DNA of 64,000 nucleotides from Azolla caroliniana (lineage: Eukaryota; Plantae; Polypodiophyta): assembly GCA_043228905.1 (NCBI GenBank), contig JBHGNT010000012.1, positions 11,780,001 through 11,844,000 of the forward strand, given 5' to 3'. This document shows positions 35,431-48,655 of the stretch, one piece after another. The position numbers and the translations under genes are program-made. The notes beneath the pieces are model-generated. The model ran no database searches and was not told where the DNA came from. It worked only from the letters and a program-made list of their open reading frames with translations. Within the stretch, counting starts at the first letter, position 1; every line of letters begins with the position of its first letter.

Positions 35431-38400
35431 TCAAGATAAATGAGAAGGCACATATGTTCAGTAATATACATTGGTATGTCACAATTGGAGGGAGAAAATA
35501 TAGATATCGCTTATTTTTACATGAGGAGAAAGTTCCTCTTTATAAAGGCCACGATATGGCCTTTGGGCTAACTAGCTATAGGAAATAACTAGCCGTTGGG
35601 CTAGCCATTATAACTTTTAAACATTCTCAATACTCCCCCTCAAGATGGGCGAAAAATATCCACTAAGCCCATCTTGTCACACAATCTAGTAAGACTTACT
35701 GGCCCAAGTCCCTTTGTAAGACAATCTGCTACTTGATGTTGAGTAGAAACATGACTCAATTTTAATATTCCATTATCAAGCTTTTCCTTGATAAAGAATC
35801 TGTTTCGATGTGTTTGGTCCTATTGTGTTGTAACGAATTGTTGGCAATGTTGATTGCTGACTTATTGTCACACCACAACATCATCTTATTTTCTTGATTC
35901 ACCTTTAGTTCTTCTACTAGGAGAGTTGTCAGCCATAACATCTCTACAACTCCTATAGCAATAGCTCTATACTCTACTTCGGCTATTGACCTTGCTACTA
36001 CTGATTGTTTCTTACTCTTCCAAGAGACCAGATTGCCTCCAACAAACATGCAATATCCTGATGTGGATTTCCTATCATCGGCACAACTGGCCCAATCAGA
36101 ATCACAATAGCCCTCAATGTTTTCTAAAGATTAATCCCTTCCCCCGGACACCTTTGAGATATCTCAAAATATGGTACACTACATCTACATGATCTTTCCT
36201 CAGATCATGCATGTAGCGACTTACCACACTTACTGCACATGAAATATTTGGATGGGTGTGAGTCAAATAAATCAGCCGACCTACCAATCTTTGATACCTT
36301 TCACGATCAACTTTCTCTCCTGCAAGTTCAATTAGCTTGATCTTTTGGTCGATTGGAGAAGCTATGGGCCTACAACCCAACATTCTAGTTTCTGTGAGAA
36401 GATCTAATACATATTTTCGCTGACATAGAACAACTCCTTCTGCTCCATGAGCTACCTGATTTCCAAGAAAGTATTGTAGTAATCCTAGATCCTTCACCTC
36501 AAACTCTTTACCCAATTGCACCTTCAATTGGGCAATTTCCCCTTCATCGTTACCCGTGATAATTATATCATCGACATACACAGCAAGTAATGTAGTATGC
36601 TCCTTGTGTTGTCGAAAAAACACTGTATGGTTTGCATGTGTCTACCTGTCAAACCAAGCTCGAGGAGATTGCTGCAGTCCATAAAGTGACTTCCTTAGTC
36701 TGCAAACCTTACCTATTGTTTGAATTGTACCAAAACCTGGCGGCACATCCATGTACACTTCCTCCATCAACTCTCCATGAAGGAATGCATTTTTTACATC
36801 TAATTAATGTAATTTCCAATCCTATTCACTGTTAAGGAAATAAGCATTCTAACAGTGCTCATCTTCGCCACAGGTGCAAAAGTCTCATTGTATTCAATGC
36901 CATATGTCTGACTATATCCTTTAGCCACCAATTGTGCCTTGTATCGATCTATTTCTCCCTCTAGGGTCTGTTTTATTGTAAACACCCATTTGCACCCAAC
37001 CGCCTTCTTTCTTGGTGGTAGCACGACACAATCTCCCAAGTTTTGTTCTTCTTGCATGGCTGCTTTCCATTTTGGATCTTCTTTAGCAACCTCCCAACAC
37101 TTGGGTAAAGTGACAGAGTCTAATGATGCAGTGAATGCTCTATGTGTAGCTGATATGTTAGAATAAGAGATAAATTGAGCAATATCATGAGGAAAACGAT
37201 AACGATCAGGAGGGACTCCTGCATTATTGTGAGAGGTCCTCCTTATCTCTATAGGAGAAGGAGAGGAAATCATATCACCTGTTATTTCTAGGTTTGGGAG
37301 TTTTGTAGGTATTTCAGAAGTAGAGGCAGGTCAGGACATAGAACTTGATGGCACATGTGGCACTGAAGATGTGTTCATATTTCCTTCTTTCTGCCTTCTC
37401 TTCCTTGTATACACATTTAGCTCCCCCTCAACTTGAGTCCCAACACATATAGGCTCCTCCTCGTCTTCGTTTCCTTCTTCTTCTGTACCGCCTACGCTCA
37501 CTTGTTTCTTAGTTGATGTAGGGATTAGTAAAGGAATTGATCCTATTTTTAGCAACCTCTCACCATTATCTCCTTCCCTCATATTTTCAGTCTCAATTAA
37601 GTCATCAAAGGGTGAAGTTACCCCTTGTTTATAATATGGCTTTGACTCTCTGAAATGCACATCCATGCTCACAAATAATCTCTTCTCTACTGGACTCCAA
37701 CAAAAATAACCTTTCAGAGTATCCCACAAATACACATTTTACAGCTTTAGGATCAAGTTCTCCTATAGATGGTCTACTGTCCTTTACAAAACACACACAT
37801 CCAAACACCTTCAAAGGAAGGATTCCAGAGTTATTGCCTTGCAATAACTCACATGGATACTTCCACTCCAATACTCTAGAGGGCATTCCATTGATCAATG
37901 TGGCAGCCGTCAAAACTGCTTGTCCCCACAACTGCTTTGGGACATTCATAGAAATCATCATGCTTCTCGTTACCTCTAGAAGATGTCTATTCTTTTTCTC
38001 TGCTACTCCATTTTGTTCTAGTGTATATGGGCATGTAGTTTGATGTTTTATTCCTTGATCTGAGAGGTATGCTCTAAATGTCATGTTAGCATACTCTGTT
38101 CCATTATCAAACCTCAACACTTTTACTATTACACCATATTGAGTTTGAACTGCTCTATGACAATCTTTAAAACAAGAAAATACTTCATTCTTTTTCCTCA
38201 TTAAATATAACCAAGTCACACGAGAGAAGCAGTCAATGAAAGAGACAAAATATCGATATCCATTAATAGAACTTGTGGACATGGTCCCCAAACATCGAAG
38301 TGTATTACATCAAATGCATGGGAACTCCTATGACCTGAACTAGCATATGAGCTTTTAGTAAGCTTACCAAATTCCCATGCATCACAAACAAGTTTTGTTT

Positions 38401-40729
38401 TATCAGCCTTTTCAAAAAGGTGCGGATACACCCGACTCAAAATGCCATAAGAGGTATGTCCCATACATTGGTGGTAAAGTATCAACAACTCCTCATAACT
38501 CATTTTAGATCCCCTTACATTTGTTAACTCTACCATAGATGCCAATGCTGAATCCATCCCTTCATGATTCAAATACCATAGTCCACTATGCCATGTGCCA
38601 GTCCCAAGTCTCCGACCTGCCCCCTTCTCCTGGAATAGCACCTTGGGAATATCAAAGGAAACAACACAATTTAGTTGGTGTATGATAGAACTTATGGATA
38701 ATAAGTTTACTGGGAAAGAAGGAGCATACAACACATTAGACAATGTCACAGAGTCGGTACATTTTACTATACCTATACCCACTACAAGTTGTGTTGTACC
38801 GTCAGCAATTTGAATGCTTTTTTTTAGCATTGATAAGTCAGTATACGAGGAGAATTCACTAGTATTACTTGTGACATGCCTAGATGCACCAGAATCAATT
38901 ATCCATTCTGGTGTAGAGGCAAGAGTATTTGTGTTGCTAGTACTTGTGGCTAAATAAGCATAGGTGGCAATGTTACCTCTTGACATGAATGAAGTGTCAT
39001 CTGTGGCTCTTTGCTTCCTCCTAATTATTTCTAAGAGAGCTTGATCCTCTTTGGTGAACACCACCTTAGTTCCTTCCTCTTCTTTAGTTACCATCAAGTT
39101 TGCTTGGTGACCTCCTCTTGCACCTCTTCGGCCTTCTCGACCACAACCTCTAGTTTGTCCATGTCCTCCATATTCTCTCTCCTTTGATGGTTTAGGGCAA
39201 GCATTCTTTAAATGACCAACTTCACCACAATTGTAGCATTTTCGATTTTCACTTCCGCTTGAATTTGACACCATTAGTGTTGATCGTACCCCTGCAAGTC
39301 CGGTAGTGTTAGAGAGCAGCTTCGTTCTACTCTCCTCTTGTATCATAGTCACAATTGCCTCATCAAGTGTGGGAATTTCAGCCTTGGCTAGAAGAATTGT
39401 CCTTCTTTGATCAAACGACGGGTTGAGATGTTTCAAAAATTGCATGATTCTTCTTTAAGTAGAAACTTCCATATTCTCTCTCCCTCTAGTCTGTTCACAT
39501 CCTCCATATTCTCTCTCCTTCGATGGTTTAGGGCAAGCATTCTTTAAATGACCAGCTTCACCACAATTATAGCATTTTCGATTTTCACTTCCGCTTGAAT
39601 TTGACACCATTAGTGTTGATCGTACCCCTGGAAGTCCAGTAGTGTCAGAGAGTAGCTTCTTTCTACTCTCCTCTTGTATCATAGTCGCAATTGCCTCATC
39701 AAGTGTGGGAATTTCAGCCCTGGCTAGAAGAACTGCCCTTCTTTGATCAAACGACGGGTTGAAATGTTTCAAAAATTGCATGGTTCTTCTTTGAGCAGAA
39801 ATTTCCTTGCTCTTACATTGAGGATCATTGCACACTATCACAAGCGAGAAATGATCGTATTTCGCCCATAGACACTCCAGCTCTATGGCATATTCGTGAA
39901 TGATCCTATCTCCCTACCAAACATCTATCTCTTGCTCGATTTGAAATACTCTCATGTTGTTTCCCCTCCTAACATACGTCTTTTGCATTTCTCCCATATC
40001 TCCTTCACACTTAAAATTCCATATGTTGTGGCGATTGATGGAATCATGGAGTTGAGAAGCCACGTGTACAAAGACATGTGGGTAGATCTCCATGCTTTCC
40101 ATTCATTGCTCGTTATGACAAGAGGTTCTTTCTCTTCTCCCGTTAGGTAGCCGTCAAGGCTTCTCCCTGCCAAGGCACCTATAATCCGACACGACCAGCT
40201 CAAGTATGTGGTTGGTCCATCAAGTTTGAACTCAAATGGGAGGAGTTCAAGTCGGGGTGGTGGTTGTGTTCATGTCACACCTCCAGATGCTACAGTCTCA
40301 GCCTGCTTCATGTATTTCACCAATGTTTTCACGTCATCCTCGTTCAATTTTGAGAACACCTCATCCATCCTCTCAACTTGGCCTATCTCTGCTCTCCTCT
40401 TTTGACTTCTTTTCTCAAGTCACCTCTCAATCCCAAATGGAAGAAAAATTCCCCTTTCCTCTCTTGGATGCTAGGACAATGTTGTTCCAATCGTCGTCAT
40501 ATCAGGAGAAAGGTGGATCTAGGGTTTTGTAGAGGGGCAGATCTATGCTCTAATACCATCAAGAAAAATGAGAAGGCACATCTGTTCAGTAATATACATT
40601 GGTATGTCACAACTGGAGGGAGAAAATATAGAGATCACTTATTTTTTTACATGAAGAGAAAGTTCCTCTTTATAAAGGCCAAGATATGGTCGTTGGGTTA
40701 GCCATTATAACTTTTAAACATTCTCAACA
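35431..40729 (-). mobile_element. Ale/Retrofit-like copia with short LTRs, inserted in the chromovirus 5' LTR
   Basis: LTRs 35431-35632 and 40559-40729, TSD TATAT, PBS TGGTATTAGAGCA, PPT GAGGGGGAG. Contains gag CYNCGEVGH, PR WIIDSGAS, INT, RT YVDDII and RH. Confidence 0.9.
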
Positions 40730-40807
40730 TATATAGTCTAATGGCAAGGGCTCGACCCATGTAACATAAGGTCATAGGTTTGAATCTTGCCATATCATGA
40801 CAGGTGT

Positions 40808-41709
40808 GGCCTTCGAACTCATTATGAAATGACCGAGTCAATTCGGATCTTCGTATTTCGGCATTTTGGCCTTCCCTTTGTCCATCTTCAGACTCGGTTG
40901 AGATGTGCTTCGATAGCTCGGAGGCTCTTGTTGTCCACTCAACCTGATCGAGGTTGAACTTCCTTTGAGTTATGCCTTAGTTGATCATTTTCTTCTATAG
41001 CATGGTCGGCCAAAATCAGTTTAGGTGGAGTCAGCTCTAGTTCGTACCATGTTGATTTGTCAAAAACAACGTTCCTACTTACTTGAACTTTTCAGGTAGA
41101 TGGATTATAACACTTGTACTCCTTTTGTTCGAGTGAGTACCCTATGAGGATATATTTCTCTGACTTAGGATCAAGCTTTTGTCGTTTTTCATCGGGAATA
41201 TGTATATAAGCAATTGAGCTTAATAAATCATGGCGTGGGATAAATCCAGCTTCTTTCCGAACAAATTCTTGTGCGGTGTGACGTCGTGCACTCCCGAGGT
41301 TGTGCACCGATTCATGAGGTAGACAATTTTGTTTGTTGCTTCTGCCCAATATGATTTCGGCCGGTTCTTTTCATTCATCATTGCCCGACTACCTCTAATA
41401 TGTGTTGATTCTTATGTTCGGTGTCTCCGTTTTGCTGGAGTGTGTCGGTAGGTAAATTTTAATCGAATTCCTTCCTTTTGGAGATAAGCTGTAAATTCGT
41501 CCGAGAAGTACTCTTTTCCTCTGTCCGACCAAGGGCATCGGACATGCCGACCTGTTGCTTTTTTTACTTCATTTTTAAATTTCTAGAAGTATGAGAGTAC
41601 TTCATTCTTCTGTTGCATAGGATAAATCCAAGTGTGCCTGGAGAAGTCGTCGATGAATGTGACGTAGTATCACATCTACCGAATGTTGCCATTTGAGTCG
41701 GTCCCCGCA
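40808..41709 (-). mobile_element. Copia integrase fragment
   Basis: AYIHIPDEKRQKLDPKSEK..GYSLEQK, the same family as 19834-20103. Confidence 0.8.
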
Positions 41710-44700
41710 TAAGCGAGAAAGTATTGAAGATAGATTGATGAAGAGATAGAGAGAGATTGAGATAGAGATTGAACCCTTGACTTTAGTTTTATGAGACAAG
41801 ATACATCACCATTAGGATAACTTAGATCTTTGATTAAAAGTTTCTTTTTTACTTACATCACTTGCCTCCCTACACAAGCCCCACTATAGGATTTTATAGG
41901 TCTATCCATGCAAAAACCATGGGCTAAAACCACGAGCTAAAACCATGGTTTTGTGCCCACGGTTTCTATATGTTTGCTTCCTACAAAATAATGAATATGA
42001 AAAGAAAATATACAAATTCTAAAGCACTTAGTAGTGGCTTTAGTGGTAAGTTAATTTGTCTCCTATCTTGGAGGTGCAAGGTTCAAGCCTTGATTACACC
42101 CCATGTATGCACTTAAATGATACGAAGCTTTAGTCTTATTTTTATATTTCCAATTGAGCGCACATCACACGTGCACATGTTTAACTTTACATCTAGCTTT
42201 TCTTTTAGGATTCTCATTTCAATCTTATTTACAACATGTTAGCATATGTGTGTGGCCTTCACCCCTTTCACACATGCACATTGCACCTTCGCGATTTTGT
42301 TCGTTGCACACAATTTTCACACCATTGCCGAAAATCTTCACGAGATCCACCCCCACCAAACCGCACGTCCTCCGGTACATGCCAAGAAGAGAGAGTGAGA
42401 TATTTCGGCTACGGTGATTAGTTCAATTCCTCCATTTTGAGCATGAACCATTATCGCCACCCAATCCACCATATCATTCGCTTTTTCTTTGCTTTACCAT
42501 GACTAGTTGTCATGGCCCCTTGTTCTCCTTTCAAACATAACTCTTTAGGCTTTATGCATGTTCCACCTTTGTCTCGACCATATCCTTGGTCAAGGCACTT
42601 TGACCCATCATGCAATTTTGTTTTCGGTCTTCCTCCACAAGTCGTTATTTGAATAATGGCATTGAATACCCCATGTAGTATCTTCAAGTGCATGCCCACA
42701 TCCGCCTTCAAGTTAAATGTTACATCAATATCTTGAGGAATACACTTCAAATATTCTTGGCCCACTTGGCCCTCGTCTTTTCTTATTGTGCTTTGCTTGG
42801 CTTCTTTCCCCCACACATCAGCTTCGACCCTTGCTTCCTTGTAATCATTGTCCTTCTCTTGGGTCTTACATCGGTTGATGCCCAAGTCTCCAGAACGAGT
42901 GTGGAGAGATCCATATGTATTTGTCGGCCACACCCCAACATTGTTATTTGTGTCGGCTTGAACCTTTGCTTCCCTGCCATCACCTTCTGTCTCTTGGGTC
43001 TCTAGAACATGTGCGAAGGAATCCATTTCTCTTTGGTCAATCGCCTTCGACACCTTTGTCTTGATTTCATCTTTCACATTAGATTGGAACTTCCCCTTGT
43101 TGCCACCTTCCGTCTCGGGTCTTCTGTTGGTTCTCGGACGCAACTACCCAAGTCTCTGGAACCAGTGAGGGGAAAGTCTTGTCACTGCTATCATTCACCA
43201 TCGACTCGTCGATATCTATCTTCGTCTCGATGTTGTGCACACCATCTTGCTCCTTCTCCTTACTACCACCTTCCATCTCTTGGGTCTCATGTTGGCTGTT
43301 ACGGGCATGACCATATAATATCCCGTGGTGAAAATTTACCATAGTATTCAATACACGTGGATAAGTGTGAGGGTTCAACGAGAGTGTAAAGAAGGGGAGG
43401 ATTACTTTTAATCCTTAGGATTGAGACAACCCATTAGGCCAAGTGTGAACTTGTCGGGGGGCCTTGGGTATCGCTATAAATAAGAGGCCTGGCTACCCTC
43501 ATTTGATCATCTTGTTGACTACGTCGAGACTCTGTTTTGTGGTGGGTCAACTCTTGTAGCAAGCGCGCCAGCACCAGGTACGACTCAACGCCACGACGGT
43601 GGTATGGGATGCCGATCGAGACTCGAGTCCGTCTCGATCCCTTCACTCGGGGGTGGTCGAGTGGATCGGCACCCTTCTTTCTCTCTCTCCTTTCTATCTA
43701 GATCTATATTCTATCCTTATCTAATGCTTACATTAGTTTATGTCTCTAAAATTGGCTCTTTGCAACTGCCCAAGTCTCCGGAACTTGTGTGAAGGAATCC
43801 TCGATGTGGCCATCTGCCATTAATTCTTTCATAGCCACCTCTGACTTGATGTCATTTCTTATTGCTATCTCTACAATCTTATGGGCCTCGTACCCATTGA
43901 ACTTCTTGATCGAGCAAGCTTTGATTATCCTTCTCTCTTCGTCACATGTATTCTTTTCGACCTTCAGCTCCTCGTCGACACCTTCCATCTCTTGGGTCTC
44001 ACGTTGGTTCTTTGACACAACTGCCCAAGTCTCTGGAGCATGTGTGGAGAAAATCCAGCCATGGTCGTTGTCGACGCTTGTTTTCTTGTTCATAGTCACC
44101 TCCTCAATGTCGTCTTTAGCGGCTAGATCCTCAATTACACTAGCCTCACACTCTTTATCTCCATTGATGCAGGCTTAGATTAGGCTTGCTCCTTCATCAT
44201 CCAATGTTTCGAACACGACGCGCGTTCCGAAACGTTCATCCTCCCTCGAAGTGGCCTTCTTCGTCCTCGAGCCATCATCAATCTTCTTTTGATGTTGGAT
44301 GCGTTGTTTAGGCGTCTCGACTTCTTTAGATGGTTTTGATTTTTCTATGCTTGGTCTTACCAAGTCAATATCATCAAGCCATTGATGACGCCTGTTGATC
44401 TTGTTGCATGCTTGCTTCACCGCAACCCAGTTTGCCACAAGCATGTTCGCTTGGGTATCATCTTCAAGAAGAGTCCCCAATTCTCGTCTATCCTTCATGT
44501 CCACAGCTTTCAAGAAGTACAAAGTCTTGTCCTCCTCAACTAGCACTTGGTCTGTGGTGGGGAGACGACGAAACATTTGGTCGAACTCGCCCGCCGTACA
44601 CCCTCGAAGCGCTCATCCTCTTATTCTTCTTTTCTATCCACTTCATCAAGGCATGTCGAGTCATCCTCGACAAATCCTCCATCGCGAACTTCGCTAATAT

Positions 44701-45400
44701 TGCTCTTTCAAAATCTAACCACGTTGTCTTCCTTTCTTGAAGCTCGATGACCCGCCTTTGGACGTTGTTGGCGGGAACTCACTTGAAACTTGAGATTTGA
44801 CGTGCTTCAAACACGTCTCTTTGATTCATCTCCCTTTTGTATACATCTAGGAAATTCGTAATGTTCCTTCCATCAAATTGACCCTCGATTTCCACGACAT
44901 GGTTGACGGCCTTCTCCATGCTTGCATCCTTGTCCCAAGATCTCATCATTCTTTCGAACTCTCCCACTTGATTGCTTGAGGATGCCATCTCCAAGTATTG
45001 GTCGATCCTCGTCTTGATCCTTCCTACCGCTTCTTCACGTCGGGTTCACCAAGTAAGATGTCGAGGAAATCCTCACGTGTTTGCGAAATGAAGCGGGACC
45101 ACCGGGGTCCTAGACCAGAAGGATTCGATGTTTTTAACAGTGTAAGCGAGAAAGTATTGAAGATAGATAGATGGATGGATGAAGAGATAGAGAGAGATTG
45201 AGATAGAGATTGAACACTTAACTTTAGTTTTATGAGACAAGATGCATCACCATGAGGATAACTTAGATCTTTGATTAAAAGTTTCTTTTTTACTTACATC
45301 ACTTGCCTCCCTACACAAGGCCCACTATAGGCTTTTATAGGTCTCTCCATGCAAAAACCATGGGCTAAACCCACGGGCTAAAACCATGGGCTGAAACCAT
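41710..45400 (-). mobile_element. Non-autonomous tRNA-Trp-primed gypsy element, both LTRs truncated
   Basis: LTR parts 41710-42345 and 45059-45400 share sequence. PBS at 45051-45034, PPT at 42346-42355, gag FDGRNITNFLDVYKREM, repeated PETWAV peptide, no pol. Confidence 0.8.
43297..43751 (+). mobile_element. Solo LTR (455 bp)
   Basis: Starts TGTTA, flanked by a perfect TSD TTGGC, with internal CTATAAATA. The 3' CA appears mutated. Confidence 0.7.
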
Positions 45401-46113
45401 CTTGCCAATGGTGGGAGTTGTGTTATCGGGTCGACTGACCATGTCGGCCTCGTCCGAATTGGCCTATTTCCTCAACTAAATCATCTTCCCTCATCTGATT
45501 GGGTGTAGAGCATCTAACCATCTAGCACATTGCTCTTTGATCGGACGCGATTTTCTTCGACCAATAGTATCGATTGAAGGTCGAAAAAGGAGGAAGGATT
45601 CTCCCTTGCAAGAATGGTCAATCTAATTGAGCCGAATCATGGTGCTCAACCACCGAGGCAAATCTGGACCATTTCGTTGTCATCAATGCTGACGTTGATT
45701 GATCCAAGGGTGACGGGTAGCTCCGTGATCATCAAGGTGTAGTTGGTGACCGACATATCCCTTTGCTGAATATTGTTCAACTCATGTTGGAGTTGAAGCT
45801 TACGTGTGGCCGTGTTGGCTGCGAAACTCTTCTCGAGATTGCCCCAGGCTTCTTTTGGCATTTTTGCCTCTCGAATGTAGCCAAGCATGTGATCATGGAT
45901 GCATGATGCTAGGCAGTACAACACATTACTCGTTGCTTGCTCCCAAGCTGGATAGTCTGCATGTGTTGGGTTGGGTTGATTTTCTTGAGCTCCTTCGACA
46001 TAGGTCCAATAGCCTTGGTCGACAAGGTATTGCTACATCTTTTATTCCCAAGATGCAAAGTTTAATCTATCGAGTTTCTCAATAGGAAGAGCACTTCCCA
46101 TCTGAGTGTTCAT
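45401..46113 (-). mobile_element. Copia gag fragment
   Basis: MNTQMGSALP..NFASWE and YCLASCIHDHMLGYIREAK match the gag at 16660-17270. Confidence 0.8.
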
Positions 46114-46980
46114 GTCGCATTTCATTATTGATAAATACGTGAGATGTCAAGAATTACCATTTTTGAACAAACTTTCAAGAATCTATCACGCATGCGCACA
46201 CGATTTTTAAAAACATCACTCAAAAAGGCAGTTAATATTTTTAAATTAAAAATCTAACCGATATTTTCTCAATTCATACTCAAATTTATCCTAATCTTCG
46301 ATAAGATGACGGAAATGCATCCAACTATAATTGTAATATGCTTCATTGTACATAATGTTAAATTCGAATCCAACTTAACAAATTTAGAAATACAATTTTG
46401 TTACTATATTTGTCTCTAAATCTTATAAAGATTGCTATGTTGATATTGTAAATAGGATTTTTGGATTAATTAGAAAAACTTTCACAAACGAATATCTCAC
46501 GATATAGGTCATGCATGCCCAAATACCAGTACGAACATTATATGCCAATCATACATGAACAACATGAATGTATTATCATGTGAGCAACGACGTTGACTTA
46601 ATATTATTGTGTTTACTCAAAATTAAATTACCAAGATTAAACACAACATAAATCATAGAATAAAGACTAAACCCAATTATATTAATCGAGAAACAATTAT
46701 AACCAACAATTATATTAATCGATAAGTTAAAATCATCTATTCAATGGAAATTATACTTAATCACATACTTTAGAAGTCAACCTTTGTAAACATATGATAG
46801 ACACATAAAGTTCGAGACAACAATCGGATAGATTAAAGAAATTATATTCAAACAAAAAGTTCTTATATTTCAAAACAATTTTTCAGTTACAAATACAAAG
46901 TATCATACAATTCAATCCATTAGGAGGTCTAGAGCAAGCTGCTCTCCAAGATCCGCTGATAGTTGTGTTGTATCCACTTG

Positions 46981-48655
46981 TTATGTCTGCTTAGTTGAAC
47001 CTTGTGTTTGTTCAGACTCTAGTACATCTTCAAGGTCGACAAGGTTCCCTCCTTCTTCGTCTATAGGTTCAATCAGTTCTCTGGAGGTCAATTGAAACAT
47101 CTCAGTTTCAGTTATATGCTTTGCCCCAATCTCCTGGTCTTGGTCGAGACAATCCCAGATACCTTGGATCCTCATTTTGATAAAGTATACTTGGGAGAGG
47201 TCCTTCTCCAAGGCGACGCAGTTCCTAAACAATTTGAGAGTGCACGCAATCGTTGTTCCTGAATACACAATCATACACGTAGAAGTAAGAAAACAAAGAC
47301 GAGAAATTCTAATTTATTTTAAGATAGATTGATCACACTTATGAGAGTACCTGGTCAAGAGAATAAATCGGGCACCCAATCACCAAGGTTGGAGAACAGC
47401 TCGACCAATCGATTAATTAATCATTGGGGCTTTTGATAAGAGTTTACTAGACACTTGTCGCCAGAAACATGGCACAATTTCTTCGTTACTGCTAGGCACA
47501 TGATATAATTGACGATGTTCCACTCATTCACATGTGCCCGAGCCTTCTTCTTAGAAATTGCATCGTAGTACCCCACACACATATGCTCCACAATGCTCAC
47601 CATTTGATCGCTCGAGGTACGAGTTATGTTCGTTTTAACCCTATTTGTAATGGAATGGAAACAAGTCAATATCTATGTAGTAAGTACAATAGAAACCATA
47701 TATTAAATATATCACAACTTAATGTGTTCGGTGGCATGGCATCTCAACTTTTGTGCAATAGTGACCGATAAAGCCTGACCCATACTATGAAATATTACTA
47801 TTTGTCATAATGGAGCTAGGGTCAACTCTGCAAAGTCTTTCACCATCTTTTCTATTTGCGGATATTTATGTGGTACATCGTTGTATGTTGACCCTGTTAT
47901 TCGAAACCCATATGGTATGTCCGCGACGAGCAATGTATAAATTAAATGCCTCTTGGGTAATATGTCAAGCATATTACCCACATCACCATTATCTACACTA
48001 TGATACAATTGTCAGAAAGGATCAGCCTTGTGCAAAAAACATTTTACTGTGTTCGAGTCTTCGGGCACCTCTAGCTCTTTTCCTTTCGTCGTTCGCTTTT
48101 TGTACTTGGCTCGTTCCAAATGGGTGATGAATGCACTTGGAATGCCTTCTTACTGTCACCCACTTTTTTTGAGCGAGGTGGTTTCTGCAATTATAAGCTT
48201 TATAAGAAAATGTGCATTATCTTAATATCAACTATAGACGATATAAACACACTTACCCATTCTCTAAATACCATGAAAAATTCTTCAAGAGCTTGTTACG
48301 ATGATGTTTTTGGGCACGACTGCTCCACCTCTTCTCACGTAGGCAGGGACAGTTGTTTCATCATTAGCTCTTGTATCTTCATATAAACCTTATGGCTAAG
48401 AAACATTACACGTTAAGTTTAGAATAAAGAGCAAATTAACAAAGCAATCCAATGAAAAACAATCATCACATAGAATACTCACTTTTGAAACTCTGTGACC
48501 ATTTCATCTAAGCTAAACTCCTTGGCGGCCACTCTTGATAAAACATATATTAATAATCTGTCATCTTTTATCCCTTGCAATAACCGCCAAGGAAGTAGCT
48601 TCATGTCACCAGCTAATTCTTCTATGACTAAGTCACTTTTACGTGACTTAGCGTC
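46981..48655 (-). pseudogene. Second, diverged copy of the amino-methyltransferase gene (3' half; 5' part deleted)
   Basis: Exons about 48655-48483, 48395-48257, 48184-about 47716, 47640-47351 and 47258-46981, with intron positions equivalent to copy 1. Motifs LLVADIPYG (47910-47921), VNSYQKPQ, GDWVPDLFS*PG and TIACTLKLFRNCVALEKD. Confidence 0.85.

Larger units (their letters stand above)
29276..40802 (-). mobile_element. Tcn1-like chromovirus (gypsy), full length but degenerate, with nested insertions
   Basis: 3' LTR 29276-29700. The 5' LTR 35033-40802 is split by a copia. TSD GGTGT. gag, PR (LLDSRA), RT (YLDDLL), RH, INT and chromodomain (YLVDWLGY..ERTWEP, about 29770-29910). Confidence 0.92.
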
